Source: an uncultured Planctomycetales bacterium
GTDB taxonomy: Bacteria; Planctomycetota; MHYJ01; JACPRB01
NCBI GenBank assembly: GCA_964619955.1
Contig: CAZUJF010000027.1
Location: 1,134-65,133 of the forward strand
Length of the DNA stretch: 64,000 bases
Reading direction: 5' to 3'
The translations under genes and the position numbers were made by a program. The notes beneath the pieces are model-generated. The model did not search any database. It was not told where the DNA came from and saw nothing but the letters and a program-made list of their open reading frames with translations. Below are positions 19,926 through 30,618 of the stretch, piece after piece. The stretch's first letter is position 1. Each line of letters begins with the position of its first letter.

Positions 19926-19943
19926 CCCCCCGAAGCCCCTACG

Positions 19944-21536
19944 ATGCTCTCCATGCGCGCTCGGAGGGGGATGGCACTGCTGCTCGCCGCCGCACTCGCG
20001 GCGTGCGACGCCCGCAAGGACCCGGCGCCCGCCGACCCCGCCCAGGCCGCCCGCCTCAAGAAAGCCCGCGAGCTGCTCGCCGAAGCCGGCTTCCCCGGCG
20101 GCAAGGGCCTCCCCAGGCTGGAACTGCTCTACAACGACGACGAGGGCCACAAGCGCGTCGCCGCCACCCTCCAGGAGCAGTGGCGCAAGAACCTCGGCGT
20201 CGACGTCGAACTCCGCAACAGCGAATGGCGCGTCTACCTCGACGACATGAGCAAGATGCGCTTCCAGATGATCCGCCGCGGCTGGATCGCCGACTACAAG
20301 GACCCCACCACCTTCATCGAGGTCTTCGGCTCCCACAGCGGCAACAGCAACACCGGCTGGTCCAACGCCGAGTTCGACCGCCTCGTCGAGGAGGCCGAAA
20401 AGCAGGCGGATCGCGCCAAGCGCTACGAGCTGCTGAAGCAGGCCGAGGCCATCCTCTGCGACGAGGTCCCCGCCATCCCCCTCTACTTCTACGTCAACCA
20501 GAACTGCTGGCCCGACACCGTGAAGGGCATGCACTCCACCCTGCTCGACGTCCACCCCCTCGCGGGCGTCCACATCGAGGGCAAGGACACGCTCGTGATC
20601 AACAACGGCACCGAGCCCCAGAGCCTCGATCCGGGCCTCGCCCGCGGCCAGCCCGAACACCGGATCACGCTGGCGCTCTTCGAGGGGCTCACGACCTACG
20701 ACCCCAAGACCCTCGAACCCCGGCCCGGCGTGGCAGAACGCTGGGAGGTCTCAGAGGACAAGAAGAAGTATGTCTTCCACCTGAGGGACTGCACCTGGAG
20801 CGACGGCCGAAAACTCACGGCCCGGGACTTCGTCGACAGCTGGCTGCGGGTGCTCGATCCCGCGACGCCCACCGACTACGCGCACGCCCTCTTCTATATC
20901 CGCGGCGCGAAGGACTTCAACCTGAAGAAGGGCCCCCGCGAGGGCGTCGCGGTGCGCGCGCGCGACGAACGCACGCTGGAGGTCGAGCTCGTCAACCCCA
21001 TCCCCTTCTTCCTGGAACTCTGCGCCTTCTTCACGTTCGCGCCGGTCCGCATGGATCTGATCGCGAAATTCGGCACCGACTGGACGCGGCCGGCGAACAT
21101 CGCCAGCAACGGCCCCTTCAAGCTCAAGTCCTGGAAGCCCACCGAGGCCGTCGTCGTCGAGAAGAACCCCGCCTACTGGAATGCGGCCCAGGTCCGCCAG
21201 CCGTTCGTCCGCTTCGTTCCGATCACGAACCGCGCCACCGCGTGGAATCTCTACACGAAGGGGGAGATCGACATCGCCACCACGATCCCGCTCGACATCG
21301 TCGACCAGGTCGTGAAGCGCCCGGACTACCGCGGCGGCGCCTACCTCGCGGTCTACTACTACGCGCTGAACGTCACGCATGGACCGCTCAAGGACAAACG
21401 CGTGCGCAAGGCCCTCGCGCTCGCGGTCGACCGCGACGTCCTCACCTCCAGAATCACCCGCAAGGGCGAAGTGCCGGCCTTCCACATCACCCCGCCGTAT
21501 TTCGAGGGCTACACCAGCCCCCGCATCGACGATTGA
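19944..21536 (+). CDS. oppA: Oligopeptide ABC substrate-binding lipoprotein (SBP family 5), circularly permuted
   Basis: Lipobox LAAC; the OppA C-terminal third (ARELLAEAG...GWIADY...) precedes the N-terminal part (TLVINNGTEPQSLDP...LFEGL...). Confidence 0.9.
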   Translation: MLSMRARRGMALLLAAALAACDARKDPAPADPAQAARLKKARELLAEAGFPGGKGLPRLELLYNDDEGHKRVAATLQEQWRKNLGVDVELRNSEWRVYLDDMSKMRFQMIRRGWIADYKDPTTFIEVFGSHSGNSNTGWSNAEFDRLVEEAEKQADRAKRYELLKQAEAILCDEVPAIPLYFYVNQNCWPDTVKGMHSTLLDVHPLAGVHIEGKDTLVINNGTEPQSLDPGLARGQPEHRITLALFEGLTTYDPKTLEPRPGVAERWEVSEDKKKYVFHLRDCTWSDGRKLTARDFVDSWLRVLDPATPTDYAHALFYIRGAKDFNLKKGPREGVAVRARDERTLEVELVNPIPFFLELCAFFTFAPVRMDLIAKFGTDWTRPANIASNGPFKLKSWKPTEAVVVEKNPAYWNAAQVRQPFVRFVPITNRATAWNLYTKGEIDIATTIPLDIVDQVVKRPDYRGGAYLAVYYYALNVTHGPLKDKRVRKALALAVDRDVLTSRITRKGEVPAFHITPPYFEGYTSPRIDD

Positions 21537-21546
21537 GGGGACGACT

Positions 21547-22481
<935 letters not shown>

Positions 22482-22485
<4 letters not shown>

Positions 22486-23348
22486 ACGTGCAGAGCCCCG
22501 CGAAACGCTCGCTGCGCCGCTTCGTCAGGAACCGCCGCGCCGTGATCGCCGCCGCCGTGCTGCTCGTGCTGGGCCTCTCCACGCTGCTCGTCCCCTGGAT
22601 CTCGGCGCACGACTACCGGGACCAGGACATCGACTACACGTCGGGCGCGCCGACGGGGCGCCACTGGATGGGGACCGACGTGCTGGGCCGCGACCTGCTC
22701 ACCCGGCTCTTCCTGGGGGGACGCATCTCCTTCGCCGTCGGCCTGATGGCGACGACCGTCAGCCTCGCGATCGGCGTCGCCTACGGGGCGGTGTCCGCCT
22801 TCGCCGGCGGCCGCACGGACCAGCTCATGATGCGCTTCGTCGACGTCCTCTACGGCCTGCCCACCATGCTCGTCATCATCATCGTGATGGCGTTCGTGCG
22901 TTCGCGCAGCATCGTCTGGGTCTTCCTCGTCATCGGCGCCTTCGGCTGGCTCACGCTCGCCCGCATCGTCCGCGGCCAGGTGCTCTCGGTCCGCGAACTC
23001 CAGTTCGTCGAGGCGGCCCGCGCGCTCGGCGTCACGAGCGTCCCCATCCTCTGGCGCCACATCCTGCCCAACATCCTCGGCCCCGTGGCGGTCTATGCCA
23101 CGCTCTCCGTGCCCGCCGCCATGCTCTCCGAATCCTTCCTCTCGTTCCTCGGCCTGGGCATCTCGGAACCGGAGACCTCGTGGGGCGTGCTCATCAGCGA
23201 AGGCGCCGGCGCCGTCGCCAACGGACGCAACCTCTGGTGGCTCGTCGGCTATCCCGGGGCCGCCCTCGCCGCCACGCTCTACTGCCTCAACTCCGTCGGC
23301 GACGGCCTTCGGGACGCCCTCGACGTGCAGCAGAGGCCCGGCGCGTGA
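22482..23348 (+). CDS. oppC: Oligopeptide ABC permease
   Basis: HWMGTDVLGRD; FVEAARALG; HILPN; ESFLSFLGLG. Confidence 0.92.
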
Positions 23349-24877
23349 GGGTCGCGACGGCGCTCCTCGTCCTCCTGGCCGGCTGCGGGAAAAGCGATCC
23401 GCCCCCGGAGAGCGAGGCGCGCCGCCTGCTCGCCGAGGCGGGCTTCCCCGGCGGCAAGGGCTTTCCGCGCCTGGAACTCGTCTACAACACCTCGGAATCC
23501 CACAAGAAGATCGCCGCGCGCCTGCAGGAGAACTGGCGCCGCGGGCTCGGCATCGAGGTCGGCCTCGCCAACGCGGAGTGGAAGGTGTTCCTGGACCGGG
23601 TCCAGCAGAAGGACTTCGACATCGCCCGCCGCGCCTGGATCGGCGAGTACCTCGACCCGCACGCCTTCCTCGACCTCTTCACCGCGGGCAGCCTGCAGAA
23701 TCCGACGGGCTGGACCTCGCCCGAGTACGACCGCCTGGTCTCGGAGTCCAACGGCGTGAAGGACCCCGCCGCTCGCCGAGTCCTGCTCGAGCGCGCCGAG
23801 CGGCTCCTGCTCGACGAGGCGCCCATCTTCCCCGTCTACCACTACGTCGCGCACAACTGGGTGAAGCCCTTCGTGCAGGGCGTGCACTCCAACTCGCGCG
23901 ACATGCATCCGGTCCAGCACCTGCGCCTCGAGGGCCCCGGGGCGCCCGCCGACGGCACGCTCATCTTCAATGCGGGCGAGGAGCCCGGCTCGCTCGACCC
24001 GGCGGTCTCCTCGGATCTCGCGGGCCTGAAAGTGCTGATGCACCTCTTCGAGGGCCTGGCCGCCTACGATCCGAAGGACGCGACCCCCGTGCCCGCCGCG
24101 GCCGAACGCTGGGAGGTCTCCGACGACGGCCTGACCTGGACCTTCCCTCTGCGCGAGGCGCGCTGGTCCAACGGCGACCCGGTCTCGGCCGCCGACTTCG
24201 TCTACGCCTGGCGCCGCGTCCTCGATCCCGCGGTGCGCTCGACGTACGCCCACCGCCTCTTCCTGATCCGCAACGCCCGTGAGATCGCGGCGGGCAAGGC
24301 GGATGCCGCCACGCTCGGCGTGCGCGCCGAAGGGGACCGCAAGCTCGTCGTGGATCTCGTCCATCCCGCCCCCTATTTCCCCCAGCTGCTCTGTCTGAAC
24401 CTCTTTTATCCGCTGCACCGCGCCACGGTGGAGAAGCTGGGGCGGGACGCCTTCAAGCCCGAAAGCCTGGTGGGCAACGGGCCGTACCGGATGACGGAGT
24501 GGCGGGTGAACGACCGGAAGATCTTCGAGAAGAACCCGGCCTGGCGCGCGGCGGCGGACGTGAAGATCGAGCGTTTCGTGTTCCTCTCGATCCCGGATGC
24601 GGCGACCGCGCTGCGGGCCTACGAGGCCGGCCAGATCCACTGGCTCTTCCAGGCGCCGACGGACCAGATGGACCGCCTGCGCGCGCGGCCGGACTACCAG
24701 GCGGGGCCGGCGAACTCGGTCTACTACTTCGCGTTCAACACGCGGCGCAAGCCGCTCGACGATCCCCGCGTGCGCCGGGCCCTCGCGCTCGTGGCCGACC
24801 GTGAGGGCATCGCCATACACCTGCTGCGCGGCGGCGAGACCCCCGCGGACCGCCTCGTGCCGCCCTCGTCGCGGTAG
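23345..24877 (+). CDS. oppA: Second circularly permuted oligopeptide ABC substrate-binding lipoprotein
   Basis: GTG overlaps oppC stop; lipobox LAGC; same permuted order (ARRLLAEAG...then TLIFNAGEEPGSLDP...LFEGL...DREGIA). Confidence 0.9.
   Translation: MRVATALLVLLAGCGKSDPPPESEARRLLAEAGFPGGKGFPRLELVYNTSESHKKIAARLQENWRRGLGIEVGLANAEWKVFLDRVQQKDFDIARRAWIGEYLDPHAFLDLFTAGSLQNPTGWTSPEYDRLVSESNGVKDPAARRVLLERAERLLLDEAPIFPVYHYVAHNWVKPFVQGVHSNSRDMHPVQHLRLEGPGAPADGTLIFNAGEEPGSLDPAVSSDLAGLKVLMHLFEGLAAYDPKDATPVPAAAERWEVSDDGLTWTFPLREARWSNGDPVSAADFVYAWRRVLDPAVRSTYAHRLFLIRNAREIAAGKADAATLGVRAEGDRKLVVDLVHPAPYFPQLLCLNLFYPLHRATVEKLGRDAFKPESLVGNGPYRMTEWRVNDRKIFEKNPAWRAAADVKIERFVFLSIPDAATALRAYEAGQIHWLFQAPTDQMDRLRARPDYQAGPANSVYYFAFNTRRKPLDDPRVRRALALVADREGIAIHLLRGGETPADRLVPPSSR
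24791..24837 (+). repeat. Left copy of an imperfect 47-bp direct repeat (inside the oppA2 3' end)
   Basis: 41/47 identical to 26161-26207 by manual alignment. Confidence 0.85.
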
Positions 24878-24888
24878 GCCCCTCCCCC

Positions 24889-26079
24889 TCAGGATCTGCG
24901 GCCCAGGAGCTGGGGCAGCCGCCCCCAAGGCAGGGCCAGGCCGGACCGAAACTTCTGCTCGCGAGCCACCCGGCATACGAGCACGGCTTGGTCGCACGAC
25001 TCCCTTTTCTGGAACGCCGCCAGACCGGCGAAATCCCCTTCGTTGGGACGCTCGGTCCATTTCACTTCGAGCGCCAGCACCTTCCCGCCGTGCTCCACGA
25101 TGAAGTCCACCTCCTCCCCCGCCTTGGTGCGCCAGTAGGAAACGGCGGGAGCCGGGAGGGTGGCGATGAGCTGCAGGAGGATCAGGTGCTCAAAGAGAAG
25201 TCCCGCCTGGAGCGTCAGGACGGCCGGGCCATGCTCGACTCCGGCCGCGGCATTGCGGACGCCCAGGTCGAAAAAATAGAAGCGGGGCCTGCGCAGCAGA
25301 TCCGCACGGCTCCGGCCGAAAGCCGGGATCCGGTGAAGGATGAGGCTGTCTTCCAGGATCTGGAAGTACTGCCCCAGCGTCGTATGGCTGACGCCCACGT
25401 CCGACGCCATCCGGCTCAGATTCGGACTTCCTCCGGACTCCAGGGCGGCCAGCTTCAGAAACCGCGCGAACGGCGGGAGCCGCCGGACCACGGCCTCCTG
25501 GCGGATCTCCTCCTCCAGATAGATCGAGGTGTAGCTGCTCAGAATTTCTCTGCGGACGTCAAGGTCGGGCTCGCGCAGGATCCCGGGAAGGCCGCCGAAG
25601 AGGAGCCGTTCATTCAGGCGATCCGACGCCGAACCCTCTGCGGATAGGAGACGACTTTCCTCCCAGCTGAGAGGATGAAGATGCTTGAGGAGGATCCGGC
25701 CCGGAAGCCAATTCTGGACCCCGTGACGCATCTTTCGCGCAGAGGATCCGGAGGCGATGAGCGTGCAGCGCCCCTCATCGAGCAGGTACTGCAGAACATC
25801 GAGAATTGCCGGCACTTTCTGGATCTCATCGATGAAGATCAGGGGGCGACGCTTCTCCCCAAGCGCATCCACCTCCCGCCGGATGATTTCAGGATCGCTT
25901 TCCAGCTTCATCCGGACGGAAGGTAGCTGCAAAGGATACTCGAGACGGTCGGGGAATGACTGAAGCACCTCCTTGATCAAGGTGGACTTCCCCGTCTGGC
26001 GAGGCCCAAGGAGCAGGAGGGATCGCCCCTTGCGCAGATCCTGGGCCAACTCTTCCACCTTTAACCGTTTGAAATACAT
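24889..26079 (-). CDS. AAA ATPase with C-terminal DUF4143-like domain
   Basis: GPRQTGKST; IFIDEIQK; SGSSA; FGGLP; FYFFDLG; YWRT..GEEVDFIVE; less GC-biased codon use than neighbours. Confidence 0.85.
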   Translation of the reverse strand: MYFKRLKVEELAQDLRKGRSLLLLGPRQTGKSTLIKEVLQSFPDRLEYPLQLPSVRMKLESDPEIIRREVDALGEKRRPLIFIDEIQKVPAILDVLQYLLDEGRCTLIASGSSARKMRHGVQNWLPGRILLKHLHPLSWEESRLLSAEGSASDRLNERLLFGGLPGILREPDLDVRREILSSYTSIYLEEEIRQEAVVRRLPPFARFLKLAALESGGSPNLSRMASDVGVSHTTLGQYFQILEDSLILHRIPAFGRSRADLLRRPRFYFFDLGVRNAAAGVEHGPAVLTLQAGLLFEHLILLQLIATLPAPAVSYWRTKAGEEVDFIVEHGGKVLALEVKWTERPNEGDFAGLAAFQKRESCDQAVLVCRVAREQKFRSGLALPWGRLPQLLGRRS

Positions 26080-26160
26080 ACTTTCAATAATACTATCTGA
26101 TTGCATTATGTACTTGCAAATGGTTTTACACCCACGGAAAGACGCGGAACGCTCCCGTTC

Positions 26161-26207
26161 GTGACCGACCGGGAGGGCATCGCGCAACACCTGCTGCGCG
26201 GTGGCGA
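26161..26207 (+). repeat. Right copy of the direct repeat; orphan remnant of an oppA 3' end
   Basis: Translates as VTDREGIAQHLLRGGD versus VADREGIAIHLLRGGE in oppA2. Confidence 0.85.
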
Positions 26208-26226
26208 TGATCCCGAGAATGCCCCG

Positions 26227-27705
26227 TTACTTCACCCGCAGCCGGCGCAGCGCGACGTGGCCGAAGGGGTTCGCCTGAACACCCGTTAGGCCCGGGGCAA
26301 CGGCGAAACTTTCCCAAGCGCCGCTGAGCGGAACGAGCAGTCCCGTCCGGAGCAGATGCTCTTCGGCCTTAGCGAGCGCCTCCAGGCGGCGCGCGCCGTC
26401 CAGGCCCGACGCCTCGAGCAACGCGCGGGACGTCGACGCATCCGCGGCCGCCCAGGGATCCAGGAAGGCTTGGGGATCGTAGTAGTCCCCGCCCCAGCCC
26501 GCGAGCGCCGCCGCGAAATCCCCCGCCGCCAGCGCCCGCGCGTACGCAGGAGGCTTCATCACGACCGCCTTCACCTTCAGTCCCAGACCCTTCCCGAGCT
26601 GAGCCTCCAGCCGGCCCGCCAGCGCCGTGAATCGCGGCGCATCGGGCAGCAACAGCTCCAGAACCGGCAGCTTCGAAAGATCCAGCCCGCTCTCGCGCAG
26701 CAGGGACTCCATCGCGGCGGCGCGATCGAAGGAAATCCCCGCCGCCTCCGGATAACCCGCGAAACTCGGCGGCACCAGACTCCTCCGCGCCTTCGCGGGA
26801 GTTCCCTCAACCAGCGCCGCCCGGTCGATCCCCTGTGCCAGCGCCTTCCGGATCGCCTCGCGATCGAAGGGCGCCCGGGCGGGATTCAGCCTCAGGAACA
26901 GCGTCCCCCAGAGGTCGACGTCGACCCGCCCCGGCAGCGGACCCGCCGGGTCCTCGGGAACCTGCTCGGCCCCCAGCATCGCGAAGTCCCCCGCGCGATA
27001 GCGCTCCAGCGCCACCGCCGGCGTGTGCAGCGCCAGCGAAATCCGGGCCGGCGCCTTCGAGAGCTCCGGATCCCAGTGCTTGGGATTCCTCCGCAGCGAA
27101 AGCTCCGCCAGCGACGATCCGTCGAAGAGATACGGACCGTTCGTCGTGATCTGACCCGCCCGCGTCCAGTCCCGCCCCTGCGCCGCCAGCGTCGGCGCGT
27201 GCAGCGGCACGAAGGGATGGAACGCCAGCAGGTGCGGCAGCCAGGGCGCCCGGACCGCCGCGTCGACGACCATGGTGCGCTCGTCCAGGGCCCGGAATCC
27301 GAGCTCCGCCGCCTCGGGATCCGGACGCCCCTCGCCGAGGTCCAGCCAGGGCCCGACGCCCCTCAGGTGCCGGAAGAGTTCCGTGAACGGACCGCCCAAG
27401 CGCAGCGCACGGCGCCACGCAAAGACGAAGTCCCCCGCCTTGACCGCCTCCCCGTTCGACCAGCGCGCCTCGCGCAGATGGAAGGTCCAAGTCCTCCCGT
27501 CCGCCGCGGACTCCCAGCGCTCCGCCATGCCCGGCTCGACCGTGACGCCGTCCGGGGCGAGCGTCGTCAGCCCCTCGAAGAGCGCCCGCACGATCCGCGC
27601 CTCCGAGCTGCTCCCCGCCAGCGAGGGATCGATCGTCGACGGCGGCCCCCACGACACCCGCAGCGGCGCCTCCTGGACAAACAGTAGCGCCAGCATCCAG
27701 ATCAT
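26227..27705 (-). CDS. SBP family 5 peptide-binding protein, canonical domain order, divergent
   Basis: STIDP...LFEGLTT...PGMAERW...WTFHLREARWSNG at the N-terminus; GWGGDYYDP near the C-terminus. Confidence 0.8.
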   Translation of the reverse strand: MIWMLALLFVQEAPLRVSWGPPSTIDPSLAGSSSEARIVRALFEGLTTLAPDGVTVEPGMAERWESAADGRTWTFHLREARWSNGEAVKAGDFVFAWRRALRLGGPFTELFRHLRGVGPWLDLGEGRPDPEAAELGFRALDERTMVVDAAVRAPWLPHLLAFHPFVPLHAPTLAAQGRDWTRAGQITTNGPYLFDGSSLAELSLRRNPKHWDPELSKAPARISLALHTPAVALERYRAGDFAMLGAEQVPEDPAGPLPGRVDVDLWGTLFLRLNPARAPFDREAIRKALAQGIDRAALVEGTPAKARRSLVPPSFAGYPEAAGISFDRAAAMESLLRESGLDLSKLPVLELLLPDAPRFTALAGRLEAQLGKGLGLKVKAVVMKPPAYARALAAGDFAAALAGWGGDYYDPQAFLDPWAAADASTSRALLEASGLDGARRLEALAKAEEHLLRTGLLVPLSGAWESFAVAPGLTGVQANPFGHVALRRLRVK

Positions 27706-28667
27706 GCCGGCCCCCCGGCGATTCGGCGCGCCGTCGCCTGGTGCGCCGCGCAGCCGACCACGCGCTCGGCGTTGGCCACATCCGTCGTCCGCTCCGCGAA
27801 GAGTCCCAGCCGCTCCTTCGCCACGAGCAGACGACGCAGCGCGCGGTCCAGCACGGACTCCGCCAGACGTTTTGCGGCCAGGGCGGCCTCGAGCACATCG
27901 ATCACCGCCAGCGCATCCTTCGGCTGCAACAGCAGATCCGCCCCGGCGTTGAGCGCCGCCTCCGCGGCGGCGTCCTCCGGCAGCGACGCCGCGATCAGCC
28001 CCCCCATTTTCAGCTCACCTCGAAGCACGCCCTGCAAGACACGGCGGGACATGCAGACGGGGGCGTGTTCGTCGAAGGCTCGCAGCGTGACGGGACCCAC
28101 CTGCAGCACGTCCGTCTCCGCCGCCAGCCCGGCAAAAGGGGCGAGCAGCCCAGCGCGCAGTTCCTCCTCGCCCGCCTCCGAACCCGGCAGCGGCCCCAGC
28201 GCCAGCAACACGCGCGCGCGCGACGCGCCCTCCAGCGCCGCGTGCCCCAGCCGGACCGCCGTCGCCGCGTCCGCCGCAAAGGCGCCCGGGTCCACACCGA
28301 GGATGCAGCGCACCCCGAGCGCCTTCGCTTCGAGTGCCGTCTGACGCGCCTTCGAGCCGGCGAATTCCTCGGATCCCACCGCGGCCGCCGGCGGATAACG
28401 CGTCGCTCCCGCGACCTGCGTCCCGGCCCCGTCCGCATAGTCCGCCGCGACCAGCAGCGGCACCCGGGAAACCTTCTGCGCCCAGTTCACGAACGACGGC
28501 AGATCGAAGACCGAGCCCCCGTGGACCACCAGCCCGCCCACGCCCTGCCGCTTCACCCACTCCGTGGCCACATCGTAGTCCGCGTCGTCGAAGCGGAACG
28601 CCGGGACGACCAGCTGCGCGCACTTCTCGCGCGGCGTGAGTTTGCCCATCCACTCGAGCGCGTTCAC
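27702..28667 (-). CDS. GH3 N-terminal domain (NagZ-like) protein lacking the catalytic motifs
   Basis: GH3 scaffold (EKCAQL, VGGL, PLLVAAD, LRGELKMGGLI, ALNAGADLLL, KERLGL) but no KHFPGHG and no nucleophile Asp. Confidence 0.7.
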   Translation of the reverse strand: MNALEWMGKLTPREKCAQLVVPAFRFDDADYDVATEWVKRQGVGGLVVHGGSVFDLPSFVNWAQKVSRVPLLVAADYADGAGTQVAGATRYPPAAAVGSEEFAGSKARQTALEAKALGVRCILGVDPGAFAADAATAVRLGHAALEGASRARVLLALGPLPGSEAGEEELRAGLLAPFAGLAAETDVLQVGPVTLRAFDEHAPVCMSRRVLQGVLRGELKMGGLIAASLPEDAAAEAALNAGADLLLQPKDALAVIDVLEAALAAKRLAESVLDRALRRLLVAKERLGLFAERTTDVANAERVVGCAAHQATARRIAGGPA

Positions 28668-29725
28668 CGCGGCCTCCCCGCCGGCACGATCTTGCCGAGC
28701 ACGGCGGGACGTCCTCCCGTCACCGAGGACAGGTTCCCAGCGCGGCCCGCCAGCGTCTCCGCCGCCAGCAGCGCGAACGCCGCCGCCTCCTTCGCCATCG
28801 GATGGATCCCGTAGACGCTGACCGGGCGCAGCGCGGCGGGCCAGACCAGCGCCTCCAGATCCCGCATCAGCGTGCGGTTGTAGACGCCGCCCCCCGAAAC
28901 GATCACCTCCTGCACGTCGCTCTTCACGAAGCGCGCCAGCGCGCCGGCCACCGTCAGCGCCGTGAAGCGCGTCAGCGTCGCCACGACGTCCGCCGGAGCC
29001 CGCCGCAGCAGCGGTCCGGCGCGCTCAAGGAGGAAGGCCCGGCTCCAGAGCTCGCGGCCCGTCGACTTCGGCGGCGGCTTCCGCAGCCAGGGATGCTCCA
29101 GCCGTTTCAGCAACGCGCCATCGACGCGCCCCTTCGCCGCCACCCGGCCGTCGCGGTCGAAGCCCTTCCCGAACGCCTCTCGCATCGCGGCGTCGATGAG
29201 GCAGTTGCCGGGACCGGTGTCGAAACCGAGCGGCGCCTTCGAGAGCACCGTGACGTTGGCGATGCCGCCGAGATTGAGCGTGAGCGCGGGACGCACGCCG
29301 AAGAGGAAGCGGTCGAAGTGCGGCACGAGCGGCGCCCCCTGCCCCCCCGCCGCGATGTCGGCGGGACGGAAGTCCGCGACCGTCGTCACGCCCGTCGCGG
29401 CGGCGATCTCCGCGGGCTCGCCGATCTGGAGCGTGTGTCGTCCCGGCTCATGCCAGACCGTCTGGCCGTGGGAGCCGATGACCGCGACCCGTGCGCGGCC
29501 GATGAAGCGGCACGCCACCCGGCCGAAGAAGATCCCCAGGTCCCGGTTCAGCGCGGAGAGCTCCGGCACCCGGGCCTCCCCGGCGGCGAGGATCCGTGCG
29601 CGCAGCGCCCGGGGATACGGCGTCGTACGGTACGCCAGCAGCTTCAAGCGCCGGCCTTCGATGCGCAGGCCGGCCGCCGACACGCCGTCCGCGGAGGTCC
29701 CCGACATCAGGCCGACGGCGATCAC
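28664..29725 (-). CDS. anmK: Anhydro-N-acetylmuramic acid kinase
   Basis: GLMSGTSADG; GSHGQTVWH; TLQIG; DFRPAD.AAGGQGAPL; NLGGIAN; FDTGPGN; SGGG. Confidence 0.93.
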   Translation of the reverse strand: MIAVGLMSGTSADGVSAAGLRIEGRRLKLLAYRTTPYPRALRARILAAGEARVPELSALNRDLGIFFGRVACRFIGRARVAVIGSHGQTVWHEPGRHTLQIGEPAEIAAATGVTTVADFRPADIAAGGQGAPLVPHFDRFLFGVRPALTLNLGGIANVTVLSKAPLGFDTGPGNCLIDAAMREAFGKGFDRDGRVAAKGRVDGALLKRLEHPWLRKPPPKSTGRELWSRAFLLERAGPLLRRAPADVVATLTRFTALTVAGALARFVKSDVQEVIVSGGGVYNRTLMRDLEALVWPAALRPVSVYGIHPMAKEAAAFALLAAETLAGRAGNLSSVTGGRPAVLGKIVPAGRPR

Positions 29726-30618
29726 CCGAGCAGCTTCCTCAGCTGCCCGCCCGCGCGCGCGAGCAGGCGCTCCGCCTCCGTGCGGCCCACGCCGCGACGC
29801 AGCATCACGACCGCCGTCTTCGCCCTCCCCCCGGCGGACTTCAGCGCACGGGCCGCGTCGGCCTCGGAGGCCCCCGCGAGCTCCCCGACGATGCGCCGGG
29901 CGCGCGCGACGAGTTTGTCCGAGCGCGTCTGCAGGTCGACCATGAGGTTCCCGTAGACCTTGCCGAGCCGGATCATGCTCGCGACCGTGATCGTGTTGAG
30001 CACCAGCTTCGTGGCCGTGCCGGCCTTCAAACGCGTCGATCCGGCGACCACTTCCGGCCCCGGCAGCGGCGCGACCAGGACGTCCGCCGACCCGGAAGGC
30101 ACGCCCTTGCGGTTGCACGCGACGAGGATCCGCCCCGCCCCGCGGCGCTTCGCCTCCGCCAGCGCGCCGTGCACGAACGGCGTAATCCCGCTCGCCGTGA
30201 TCCCGATGACGACGTCGCCGCGGCGCAGCTTTCGCACCCGAAGCTGCCGGGCCCCGTCGCGGGCGTCGTCCTCGGCGCCCTCCTTCGAGGCCCACACGCA
30301 CTCGGGCCCGCCGGCCATGACGGCCTGCGCGAGTCCCGGGGCCGTGTCGAACGTCGGCGGCAGCTCCGCGGCCTCGAGCACGCCGAGACGTCCGCTCGTG
30401 CCCGCCCCGACGAAAAACATCCGCCCGCCCTTGGACAGCCGCGCGACCACGAGATCCACCGCGCGCACGAGGGCGGCGCGCTCGCGGGCCACGGCCCGCG
30501 CGACGCCGGCGTCCTCCCGGAGAATGGCCCCCACGACGCCCGCCGTGCCGAGCGCGTCGATGCGCCGCGTGCGGGGGTTGCGCTGCTCCGTGCTCAGGCG
30601 CCCGAACGGACGGCTCAC
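29722..30618 (-). CDS. murQ: N-acetylmuramic acid 6-phosphate etherase
   Basis: TEQRN; GAGTSGRLGVLEAAELPPTF; GAED; GPEVVAGSTRLKAGTA; GKVYGNLMVD. Confidence 0.95.
   Translation of the reverse strand: MSRPFGRLSTEQRNPRTRRIDALGTAGVVGAILREDAGVARAVARERAALVRAVDLVVARLSKGGRMFFVGAGTSGRLGVLEAAELPPTFDTAPGLAQAVMAGGPECVWASKEGAEDDARDGARQLRVRKLRRGDVVIGITASGITPFVHGALAEAKRRGAGRILVACNRKGVPSGSADVLVAPLPGPEVVAGSTRLKAGTATKLVLNTITVASMIRLGKVYGNLMVDLQTRSDKLVARARRIVGELAGASEADAARALKSAGGRAKTAVVMLRRGVGRTEAERLLARAGGQLRKLLG

Noticed and set aside
13477-20660. Very long antisense ORFs (e.g. 13477-17343 +, 17442-20660 -, 60554-63673 -)
   Set aside because: They are shadow frames of real genes caused by high GC3 and stop-codon scarcity, and show no recognisable motifs.
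26101-26289. 62-aa ORF containing DREGIAQHLLRGG
   Set aside because: The peptide similarity comes from the oppA remnant repeat, and the remainder overlaps a promoter and the antisense end of oppA3; not called as a gene.
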